Origin: the human T2T-CHM13v2.0 reference genome, Homo sapiens
Assembly (NCBI RefSeq): GCF_009914755.1
Contig: NC_060946.1
Reading direction: 5' to 3' (one strand)
DNA length: 64,000 nucleotides
Position 1 is the first letter of the stretch; every line of letters starts with the position of its first letter. A model generated the notes under the pieces. That model searched no databases and was not told the DNA's origin. It was given only the letters and a program-made list of their open reading frames with translations. Positions 1-10,860 of this stretch are shown here, one piece after another. Position numbers and translations under genes: made by a program.

Positions 1-68
1 GAGAAGGGGACTCTGGGGGCTGCCCATCCTGGGGGGGGACATGCCTGGTCAGCATAGGCTGTACTCAC

Positions 69-203
69 CATTGGAGCGGTGGATGCAGGTATGCTGGTTG
101 TCACTAAGGAAGAAGCCACTGTGGCACTGACACTCGTAGCTGCCCATGGCATTGACGCAGATCTGCTGGCAGCCACCATTATTGTCCTGACACTCGTCCA
201 CAT
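69..203 (-). CDS. SCUBE1: SCUBE1 coding exon 4 (135 nt): calcium-binding EGF-like domain 3, [45 protein letters not shown]
   Basis: Acceptor ttccttttctcacAG (AG at 205-204), donor G|GTGAGT (intron starts at 68); six-Cys EGF pattern with DVDEC and C-x-N-x-x-G-S-Y-x-C; phase 1-1. Confidence 0.96.
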
Positions 204-328
204 CTGTGAGAAAAGGAAGAGAAGGGGACCAGAGATCACACCTAAGTTGGAAGCAGGGCATGAGGGGCTGGCGGGACAGGGATGCAGTGAATTTCCTCAC
301 ATGGCCCTGAAGGGAGGGACTCCAGAGA

Positions 329-728
329 GGGCCTCCCTGGTGCTGTGTGATGGTGATACTGTACAGTGGGCCTCCACGGCCCTGCACCATGGTGGCACTC
401 TACAGTGGGCCTCCATTGTGCTGTGCCATAGTGGTACAGTGGGCCTCCATCGCTCTGTGCTATAGTGGTACGGAGGGTCTCCATCGCGCTGTGCTACAGT
501 GGTACAGTGGTACAGTGGTACAGTGGGTCTCCATTGTGCTGTGCTACAGTGGTACAGTGGGCCCCCATCAGGCTGTGCTACAGTGGCACGGTGGGCCCCC
601 ATCGCGCTGCGCTACAGTGGTACGGTGGGCTCCCATGGCGCTGCGCTACAGTGGCATGGTGGGCCTCCATCGTGCTGTGCTATACTGGTACAGCGGGACT
701 CCATGGTGATGCTGCACGGTGGTACTCC
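329..728. repeat. 34-bp minisatellite, about 11 units (consensus GGGCCTCCATCGCGCTGTGCTACAGTGGTACAGT)
   Basis: Unit starts at 407, 441, 475, 525 (preceding unit has two extra TACAGTGG), 559, 593, 627, 661, 695; two degenerate 39-bp units at 329 and 368. Confidence 0.92.
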
Positions 729-789
729 CGAGAGCAAGTCCTGGAAAGAGTCCAGTGGCTATGATGCTAGCTCACTCCAACTCAACAGT

Positions 790-1005
790 GCTGTCTGAGT
801 GCCCAGCACTGTTCTAAGCATCTTACCTGTATTAATTCCTTTAATTCTCACAGCAACCCTGTAAGTCAGATCCAGGTACCAGTCCATTTTATAGATGAGG
901 AAACTTAGGTGCGGAGGGGCAAAGTCACTTGTCTAAAGTCCTACGTATGGTAAGTGGCAGAGGCAGGATTCAAACCCGGTGGTCTGACCCTGAAACCTCA
1001 GCTCT
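790..1005 (-). mobile_element. MIR SINE
   Basis: Core ccattttatagatgaggaaacttagg...tcacttgtctaaagtc...ggcagaggcaggattcaaaccc. Confidence 0.8.
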
Positions 1006-1585
1006 CAGTGACGTCGCCAGACCCCCCACTCTAGGAAGACACAGCAGCCTGCAGCAGCTGTCCCCAACACATGGAGCTTTGCCAGCTGCAACCCCACGAG
1101 CCCCGTCTCTTGACTCAGCTCAGGTTTACCATCAGCAGCACAACACGATAACAGGCTGGAGCACAGCACAGTGCCCCAAGGCTCTGTGCCCTGCAACTGA
1201 TTTCAAAAACTCCGAGAATGAGGAGGTTTTTATTAAGAAAAGGCCCTGACCTCCGGCTGCCAAGATGGCTGTGGAAGGCTGCCAAGTGGTCTTTCCCACT
1301 CTCGGGGAGAGGCAGACCTCAGGGCCGACACTCATTTCTGACCAGAGGCCGCTGGCACAAAGGGCGCTATTGGCTGAAAACAGTCTTTATGGAGTTCTGG
1401 TCTTGAGCACAACAGCGTGTTTCAATTACCAGAGTCATAACCCCCTGCTCTGTCAGTTTGTTTAATGAAAGAAGGGCTTCTTAAACCTTAATGTTCCATG
1501 TCTGTATTGTCATTTTAATAGGCAAATATATAAAACCACAAAGGCGGCGTGAGCTACTGGCTGCTTCTAGCCAATCCCCGGTCCC

Positions 1586-1587
<2 letters not shown>

Positions 1588-1631
<44 letters not shown>
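1588..1631. repeat. (AC)22 microsatellite
   Basis: Direct read. Confidence 0.97.
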
Positions 1632-1634
<3 letters not shown>

Positions 1635-4600
1635 TCGGTGTTGAGCTTTTGATACACTTCTTTTTAACATAGACATCTTTTACTATTGGAACCAAAAGGA
1701 TGTGAAAAGGTAAAGAGTTGGTGACCTGCACTGAACTGGGAGAGGACTTGGCTGTGGAGCGATTTGAGCCAGGTCCTATTTAGACTCATGGACGACAGAC
1801 CACTTTACCACCTAAGACACCACACGGCTGCCTTTGAGGCCGACAGCGAGGCCATTATTCTTTGGCAAGCTCAAATGTCAGCCGTGTGGGCAGTCAGAGG
1901 AGGCAGGCAGAGCTCTGAACTCTAAAAGCCGCCAGTGGTTACAGCTAAAATGGTAGAAGTGGCCCTCGCTGAGAGGAGCCAGGTGATCGCACCATTCTGA
2001 CTGGGGAAGCCTGGGGAGGAGGGAGAGGGACTATCCTCAGCACCTTTCTCCATTCAACAAAGCCTTGCTTAGGACCCCCTAGGGGCCCAGTGCCCATGCC
2101 ACCTTTGCTGGGCGCAGCCCCTAGGGGTGGCGAGTGGTCGCCTCCCTCCCCTCCAAGCCTCAGCCATGTCTGCCCCTGGGGTCTGTCTCCAGCCTGCACT
2201 GGACCATGAAAAGCACCAAGCCAGGCCCCGTGTCCTACTCATCCTGCTAACAACACAAAGCAAACATCTGTGAGTGTTTATTATGTGTTAGGCGCAGGCC
2301 CACGCGATCCTCACAGCTACCTGGGTGACAGGTCATGTTATTGACCCCATTTTACAGATGAGGACACGGAGGCTCCGGGAGCTGGAGTAGCTTGAGTAGA
2401 GTGACACAGCACACCAGAGTGAAGGCGGGACCCAGCCCTGCGGTCTGGCTGCAGAACACGCGCCTTTGGCCCCAGGCTAAGCTGGCTGCGTCAGCGCATG
2501 TGCTCAGACCAATGCTGCGAAGAGCCGGCTGCTCCTCACACGAGCTGGAGTCCAGTGTCAACTTGAGCACATGCACGTCAGCCCCAGATGCAGCTTGCCG
2601 TGAGGAGCATCGGGAAGGACCCAGCATTCCTGGGGTTAGTCCCATCTCTGGGCCTATAAGACCCTGTAGAGAACTGTGCTGGCATACACTTAACAATGGG
2701 ACCTGGACATGGGCAGCTGTCCCTGGGACTCAGTTCGGACCCCTCTCATGTCACGGTTGTTACCTTCCTTCTCATGGTTCTCAGATTCCCTGCTCTGCGC
2801 CTTGGCTTCCCCAGCCCTATTAAAGGTCCGACTGTAAAGCAAACCAAACAGACACAGACTCTCAAATGCTGAGTTCCCAGTGCAGAAATGCTACCTCATC
2901 CCTGTCACGAGGAAGCTCCCTGGCGCCGCCCATCTGCAGCCATCTGGCCTGGCCACTCCTCACCTCACTGAAAGCTTGAAGCAAAGGGCGGTTGACGTAA
3001 GGCATCTACAAACCCTCAGTGACCTGGCAGGGCGGCTGGGCCTTGGGACAGGGCTGTTTACTCTACTAGGGAACAATGACTCGCCAGTGCTGATGAATAA
3101 TGGGAAACAAATGCAGGGCCATGTAAACATGTCTTGTCCCCACTCCCAAGTGATAAAGTCCTGAGATGAAGCAGGTGGGAAGAGGGGGCTGCCCCTCTGC
3201 ACCCTTTTCCCACTGCGGTCCAAACAGGCCTCACCCCCGGCCCCCGAGGAGGGGAGGAAATCATGGCTGCCAAATCTCTTGGGTGGCTTGAGGCCATGAC
3301 CAGCATCTCTAGGGAAGGGCCTGAGGCCCCACACACGCCTCTTGCACCCCTGTGTCTCCAGCACTTCAAGTGGGCCCCACACTGAGGTCTGAAGAGCATC
3401 CAACTGCAGCAGCTGGGTCTGTGAGATGCCGCCCATGAGCCCAGGACAGACTGGGCTCACTTGGAGGCCCTGGCCAGGCCTGGCAGGGCACTATGAGAAA
3501 CAGTACTTTGGCCCTCTCCAAGAGGTGCTGTGAGCCCAGCACACACCGCCCCATGGTCCCCCAGCATTTGGCACACTCTATTATGAGAGGTGTCCTCATG
3601 GAAAAGGGGAACCCACACCTGGGAGTCAGGCTCCCTGAGTTCTGCCCCTGTCTTGCCCTGTAGCCTGTGGGCGATGCCCAGGCCTTATCCCTGGGAAGTG
3701 CTCCCAGAGCTTGAGGGATTGCAGACTGCGTCCTCCAGGAAGTCCTCCTGGAATGCCTGTGGTGTGTGCAGCCCTCCTCCTTCTCTGCCCCGTGGAACTG
3801 ACTGTCAGTGCATGGATGGGTCCTGTGTGGCTGGCCCCGTGTGAGAATCCCAGCCCACCCCCAAGCCCTCACACAGAGGTGAGCGTTGAGGCTGGGCGGG
3901 GTTGCCAGCCTCACTACCATAAATAACGGCAATTGCTGCCAGCGAGGCCCCAGCTCAGGCATTATCTTAATAAATCCACACAACAGCTCCACACCGGGGG
4001 CATTATTCTTATTATCCCTGATTCTCAGGTGAGAAAACTGGGGCCTGGAGATGGAGAGAGATTTCCTCAAAGCTCTAAAAGAGGCAGAAAGAGAACTGGA
4101 AGCCCCATGAATCCAAAGCCCTCCCTCTCCTCCCGCAGGATTCAGCTGTGAATGACGACCCTTCAAGTCCGATGGCGGTAGTGACGAAGGTTCCCAGGTG
4201 CTGATGCTTACAAACCTCCCTGGCCCCTCCATGCCCACCTCTCCAAAGCCCAGTGCTCAGCCTCCTCCTCCGTGTAGTCTTTCTGGTGCCCAGCATAATT
4301 CACTCCACCCCGGCTTCCAGGCCAGGCCTGCCTTCCTTCACTACTTCCTTCCTCTGCCCTGGACCAGAGGGCTTGCCTATCCTGTCCCCGCCCTGGGGTG
4401 AGGACAGATCTGAGTCTCCTTTATATCCTTGCTCCTAGCAGCGGGTCAGGCCAAGAGTGATTACTCAAGTGACAGGAGGGTAAATGGGATGGCACAGTTT
4501 GTGCTTGCACACACCAGTGCCAGGGAGCTCACTACCGCCAAGGGACCAGTCCCAGGGGGCAGAGTGCTGTCCTTATTCCCACTGGGCACGAGGGGGGCTT

Positions 4601-7600
4601 CAGCTGTGAGTGGGCTCTCATAGCCTGCCCACTTCTTCAGCCATGCTCTAGGAATCCGCTGCGGCTGCTCTCTGAACACAGCCCACCCATTCACCTCTGC
4701 CCGAGTGTGCATGCCACCCTCCTCCTGGAACTGCCTCCCCTCCTTGTCCAGACCGAAGTTTTTCTTGCCTTCTGAATCCACCTGAAACGCCTCTGTTCAT
4801 TCACTCACTCCGTGAACACCAAGCACCTACTCTGTGCCACACTACCCCTGAGCTGCCAGGGACACCAAGCTCCAGGGCACTGGGCCAGAGCACAGAGATG
4901 GGAGGCTTCCTGGAAGAGGCGAAGTACAAGCTGCTTTGAGGACAGCAGAGAGGTGTGACCTGAGCCTGGGGATCCTGGAGGAGGCGGAGGTGTTCTGAAA
5001 GCAAAGGCTCGTGGAAGGGGCAGGGCAGGGCCCAGACAGGGAAGGGCCTGCAGCCTCTCTAACAGGAGGAGAGTTCTGGAAGCAACCAGGGAAAGGTGGC
5101 TGACAGGGTCCTGGATGCTGGGCTAAGAGGAACAGCAGAGCCAGGCCGTGGGCATGTAGAGTGAGCGAGGCTGCTCTGTGGCCTGCACCCTACCCTGGCG
5201 ACCCCACACAGCGCTCAAAAACCCCAGCTCTGTTCGGGTCCCCACATCAGTCCAACTAGCAGGGGGACAGTCCCTGCAGAAAACATTTGTGCAGCCTGAC
5301 ACGCAGAGTGTCCCAAACCACTGAGGCCTTGGGCCAGGGCTGAGCCTGCGTGTAGTGAGGCCCCTGAGTGGGCCTGTTTCCAATCCGGGGTCCAGAATCC
5401 CTGGGCGGCTCTAGGAGGGGTAGGGGGAGTGTCCCGCCTCTGAATCCTGCTGGCAGCTCATGGTCCTTCATCTTTATTTATGACCACAGCTAAATGTTCC
5501 CAGAAGGCACGGAGCTCCTCAGCACAGCACAGGGACTTAGCTACAAAGAGACAGGAGGTCCCCTGGGCTCTGGGGCAGACTCTAGGAGGCTCCTTTCAGG
5601 AAATCCTTTCAACTGGTGAGAGAGACGGGGGAGGTAGAGTGGAGAGCGGGCCCTCCATGCCCGGTCCTGGGAGGAGCCTTTCACAGCTGTCTGGACCGGC
5701 CTGGTTGAGGCTGGAAGGCACTGGTCCACAGCCTCTTTTGATGTACAACTGTATCTGTGATTGTGCCATCGAACCGCCGGAGCCCTTCCCTCTTCCGGGC
5801 CAAGGCTGAAATGGCAGGCAAGGGAGGGGAGCTGGGAGGAAGAGAAGGTGGAACCTTGGTGGGCCGTGCCACAGGGGCCTTCAGCAGGTGGGGCTGGGAG
5901 ACCCCCTCGGAAAAAGACCACTCCAGTGAGGTATGGGACAAAAGACAGGGAGCCTGAAGGTCCTTGAAGGCTGCTCCCCGTGAGCTGTGAACTCCCATTC
6001 CTTCAGCCCGCAGAGCTGGGGGAGGTCAGAGGTGGGAGAAGGGAAGGACAGGAGTCAAGAAAGGCTGAGCATTTGGAGCACAAAAGAGGGGCCTCACTGG
6101 TCAGGGTCTGGCCCTCGTCCCACCCAGCCACCAGGCCTGAGGACCCTGTTGTTCTCGAAGCCCCTTTCTTCTGCCCCTCTCCCAAGGGTCTGACCAAGGC
6201 TGCTGACTTTTTCCACGCCACCTTGCCCGTCCATCTCCCTGGCTCCCATGAGACAGCCCTGGCTTGGACCTCAGCTTCCTCTTTGGGGTAGGCTGCACAC
6301 TTCTCCTGGGTCTCGGCCTCCAGCCTCTCCCTCCCAATCCCTTCTCCATGGGCAGTGGCTGCTGTGATGAGTCTGGCTGGAACAGGACATGGCACCTTGG
6401 TCCCACAGGGTCTCTGGGGTCAGGTCCCACCTCCTCACTGTGCAGTACCCAGCATGAGCACAGCTCTGGAGGCCGGGGTGGCGGCGGACGGCCCTCAGCT
6501 GTGACTCTTGCCCATCTCCACTCGGTCCTCACAGGCGCAGGCCACCTCCACCTGCTGCCAGCCACTGAAGGGTGATGTGTGGGAGGGGACCCCTGTGCTG
6601 TGATTGACATGGTTGTTTTCCAGCAAGAAGAATTTCCAGAGCTGACATCAGCAGGCCATAGGTTGACCCGCTTCCGAAAGGCCTCTGCAGGCAGGACCAG
6701 TTTCCCCGGGAGGTGTGCTTCTTGGCCCAAGATGCTGATGTTTGTTTTTATTAATAGCTGGCTGTTCGTTCTACTTTGGACCAAGAGTCCAGGTTCACAG
6801 TTATTTATAACAACTAAAAATTACTTCTGGATCCAGCTCTGGCTGCTTTGTGTTTCCCGCAAATATTTCCCGATTTGAAACAGAGACTCCGTGTTCTGCT
6901 TGGACCCACCCATGTTTTCATGGCTGTCAAGAGCCTACTGTGTGTCAGGCCCTCCACTGGCTCCGGTGTCCCAGCTCCCACGGAAGGTCTAGAAACAGAG
7001 GCAGAGGTGCCCAGCCCATCTCAGGAAGCGAACTCCACCTCCAGCACGGAGAGCTCCCACCTGGTCCCAGGGGGCTGAGGCCCCCACCGCCTGCCGGCTC
7101 CTTTCAGAAGGGCGGCTTAGGCAGAAAAGCCTCTTGGCTATCTAGCGGCTCTTGCAAAATTGCATTTGATGAGTTAAGTGTAAATAAATGAGAACCAGAT
7201 GGATTAGATTTTGGGTAAAATACACACGGGTCTTAGAGCTTTGGGGCCTGGGTTCTGCCAGATCCAGAACACTCTCCGAGCTGTCAAGAGCTGCTGGCAC
7301 AGGCGGCAGGAGGTATGCCTGGGGTCTCCCAGGACCTGTCTGCTTCCTGGTCTGGGCATCAGCTGAGGTCTTCCCTGGGGCTCCTGATTCCCCAGCAGGT
7401 TGGCCGTGTGCAGAAGACACAGAGCCAACCTCTTGGCCTGGGCCTGAGTCCAAGCTCAGGGTGGGAGATGAGGCGCATGAATGGTAAGGTCAGCTTTCCA
7501 GACCAGCAAGCTCACTGCTCACGTCCAAACCCAGCAAGCCAGCCCAGGGAAGGCAGAGGTGGTGAAGCCTGCTGGCCGCTGGGGTCTGCTCACTCTGCTC

Positions 7601-7810
7601 TCCGCAACCTGAGTCCTGCCTTCCAGCCCAGCCGCTGCCCTGCCGCCCCCTGCTGTGCATCTCTAGGGAAGGACGGGAGTCTACCGCCCAGTGCAGACCG
7701 CTGGCCAGTCCTCAAAGGGGTCTGCGTGATGCTGCCCTGTGACCACTGCCCATGGGACCTGGCTGTTGCTCTACAAGTCATACCAGATGGAGTACAAGAT
7801 TCAGTGAGTC

Positions 7811-8111
7811 GACTGGGCTTGGTGGCTCACGCCTGTAATCCCAGCACTTTGGGAGGCTGAGGCGGGCGGATCACAAGGTCAGGAGATCAAGACCATCCTG
7901 GCTAACACGGTGAAACCCTGTCTCTACTAAAAATACAAAAAATTAGCCGGGCATGGTGGCGGGTGCCTGTAGTCCCAGCTGCTTGGGAGGCTGAGGCAGG
8001 AGCATGGTGTGAACCCGGGAGGCGGAGCTTGCAGTGAGCCAGACCGCACCACTGCACTCTGGCCTGGGGCGACACAGCGAGACTCCGTCTCAAAAAAAAA
8101 AAAAAAGAAAA
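7811..8111 (+). mobile_element. Full-length Alu (AluY-like) with 15-bp TSD
   Basis: AluY-type gatcaagaccatcctggctaacacggtg and gcggagcttgcagtgag; TSD AAGATTCAGTGAGTC at 7796-7810 and 8112-8126. Confidence 0.93.
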
Positions 8112-8679
8112 AAGATTCAGTGAGTCTTTGCTGGTCACTTGCTCTGTGACCTTGAGCAGGTCATTTCACCATTTTGGGCCTTGGTTTCCTTCTCTATAAA
8201 ACAGGGATAAAAGTCCCTGAGGTGTTTGGGAGTCAAAGGAGGTGATGGAGGTAATGTACTCTGCACAGCGCCTGGCACACACAGACCACCACCGAGTGTG
8301 AGCAGGTGCAGCACGAAGCCGCTGCTCATGGCCTCAGGGAATCACGGGTACGAACGTACTCCAGTGACAGCAAAGTCCCTTCCAAAATGCAAAAGCAACA
8401 ACAAACCACATCAGAGGGGAGCACTCAGACCCGCCTCAGCCTTCTGGTCTCCAAGTGAAGCCGCTCGGCTCCTGACACTGTTCCCTCCTGAATAAGCTTC
8501 TGGCACACTCACCACCCAGGTCGCCCTTCTCTGGGGATCCCAGCTTACTGGGGCACTCACAATTGGCCCAGAAGTGGACAGAGCTGTGCACATGGTCTGC
8601 TTGGAGGATGTGGGTGGGACTTTTGATGCTATGTTCGTGTGACCTCTGCTATTTCTCCAATCCCGTTTCTGGTTGAGAT

Positions 8680-9720
8680 AGAACTCATGGAGCACACAAT
8701 TCACAATCTTTAAGCCGACATCTTAGTGGTTTTTAGTATATTCACCGTGTTGCACGACCATCACTACTAATTCCAGAATATTTCCATCATGCCAGAAAGA
8801 GGACCTGTGCCCGTTTTCGGTTAGTCCCAATTCCTACCCCTTCGCCCCTGGAAACCACATGTCTACTTTCCATCTATGGTTTGCCCATTCTGGACATTTC
8901 ATGTAAAGAGAGTCATGCGATATTTGTCTTTGTGTGTCTGGCTTCCTTCACTTAGCATGTTTTCAAGCTGCATCCATGTCGTAGCGTGACTCAGCACTTC
9001 ATTCCCTTTTACGGCTGAACAGTATTCTATTGCATGGACAGACCACATTTCATGTATCTCTTCGTGAGCTGATGGACATCCGGGTTGTGCTGGCTTTGTG
9101 GCTGTTATGAACGGTGCTGCTGAACACTGTGTGTAAGTTTTCGTGGGGGTATACGCCTTCAGCTCTCCTGGGTGGATACCTGGGGGTGGCACTGTCACAT
9201 CATCTGGTAACTCCATGTGTGCCCTTTTTGAGGAAATGACTGTTTACCACGGGCGACACCGTTTTACATTTCCAACCAGCAAAGTATGGGGTTTCTAATT
9301 TCTCCATATCCTCGCCAACACTTGTTCTTTCTGGGCTTTTTTTTTTTTTTTAACAGCCATCCTAGTGGGTGTGGCGTGGTTTCTCATTATGGTTTTGATT
9401 TTCATTTTTCTAATGACTAATGATGTTGAACAGCTTTTCACATGCTTAGTGGCCATTTGTATGGCCCTGGGATACAGCGACGCTCAAGACAGACACGGTC
9501 CCTGTTCTCACGGGCTCTATGCTGTCTGTGGGGAGACAGAAACAGTCACAAAGACTCCAGGTGGGCGTGGCGTCTCCATCTCTTTGGAGATATGTCTATT
9601 CAGGTCCTTTGCCTATTTTTAAACTGGGATGTCTTGAGTTGTAAGAGTTCTTTATACATCCTGGATACTAGACCCTTACCAGATATATGATTGGCAAATA
9701 CTTTTTCCTATTCTGTGGAC
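8680..9720 (-). mobile_element. Old L1 (L1M-type) 3' fragment, interrupted at about 9463-9577 by a foreign insert
   Basis: L1 3' motifs such as ggcttccttcacttagcatgttttcaag and taatgactaatgatgttgaacagcttttcacatgcttagtggccatttgtat...tctttggagatatgtctattc. Confidence 0.8.
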
Positions 9721-9899
9721 ACCACCTCCTTTCAAGCAGCCTCAGGCAGCACTAGGTACTCAGGAGTTCAGTGCAGGTCAGTGGGGCCTGGGCTTCTCTC
9801 AGGCTCTTCCCTCGCCCCCACCCCATCTACATTTTGTTCCTGGGAGATTTCGCACTGTCCCTTGGCTACCTATCTGCCAAGGTTGCCCCCAAACCCCCA

Positions 9900-10860
9900 G
9901 GCCTGCCAGCTCCACCACCCTCCAACTTAGACATCAAGAGCTGACCTGGTGCCTGCACGTGGACATCCTGCGGGCGTGACAGACTTCATGGGCCGCGTGC
10001 TGAACTCCCAAGTCCCCCTCCCACAAAAGCAGAATAGAATGAGACAAAGCTCAGTCTGCCCTCAGCCTTCCCCAGCTCAGCAAATGGTCACACAACCCAC
10101 AGTTGCTTCAGGCAAAACACCTGGTAGTTATTTTTGATGCTGCTTTCTCCCCACATTGAAGCCCTTAGCAGGTCCAGTCCTTTCAATTCTGCCTGTGAAA
10201 TTCACCACGAGTACAACACATTCGCTCCCCTCCAGGGCTGCCACGGCTGGGCCAGTCGCCCTCGTCTCTGGCCTGGATTCTCGAACTCCCTGCCTCCATC
10301 CTGCCTCTGTCCATCCTCCATCCCTCATGGACCTCATGCCATCCCCCTGCCTGAAAGCCCACAAAGGTGTCATAAACATGAACTCCCTTTCCCGGCCACC
10401 AAGCCCACAGGAACTGCTCTGCCCACGTCCCCCCGGGCTCCTCCTCGCTCACCCGCCTCCAGCCAGGCTGCTGTGTCCTGCTCTCCCTTGACCCCAGCTG
10501 TCCTGTTCCCATCTCCAGGCCTTGGCATTTGCTCCTCTGCCTGGAATGTTCTTTGCTTGTCTTGGCACGGCTGCCTCCTCCTTCTCCTTCAGACCTCAGC
10601 TCACGTGCCGCTTTCCCAGAGATGCTCTCTCTGACCACTAAGCTAAAGTGGCAGACAGGCCATTCTGCAACGTGTCCCTCCCCTGCTTCCTTCAGAGCAC
10701 GCCCCCACCCACCTGGAATCTTCCTTGTGACTGTTTCTGTCTACCCCCAGGCAACACAGAGCCCCTGAGAACAGGGACCCTGTCTGTTTTGAGCATCACA
10801 GTATCCCAGGGTTTTGAACAGTGCACGGGGCACATGATGTATGTCTGCGGACTGGATAAC
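9900..10860 (+). mobile_element. L2 LINE 3' fragment
   Basis: Degenerate L2 motifs (ctcctctgcctggaatgttctt; gagcccctgagaacagggaccctgtctgttt...gtatcccagg). Confidence 0.65.

Noticed and set aside
329-728. CRISPR-like array of hairpin repeats
   Set aside because: Units are head-to-tail with no unique spacers, there are no cas genes, and the context is a eukaryotic intron; it is a minisatellite
3366-4238. 290-aa minus-strand ORF
   Set aside because: No recognisable domain, runs through a MIR remnant, GC-rich intron; no supported splice context
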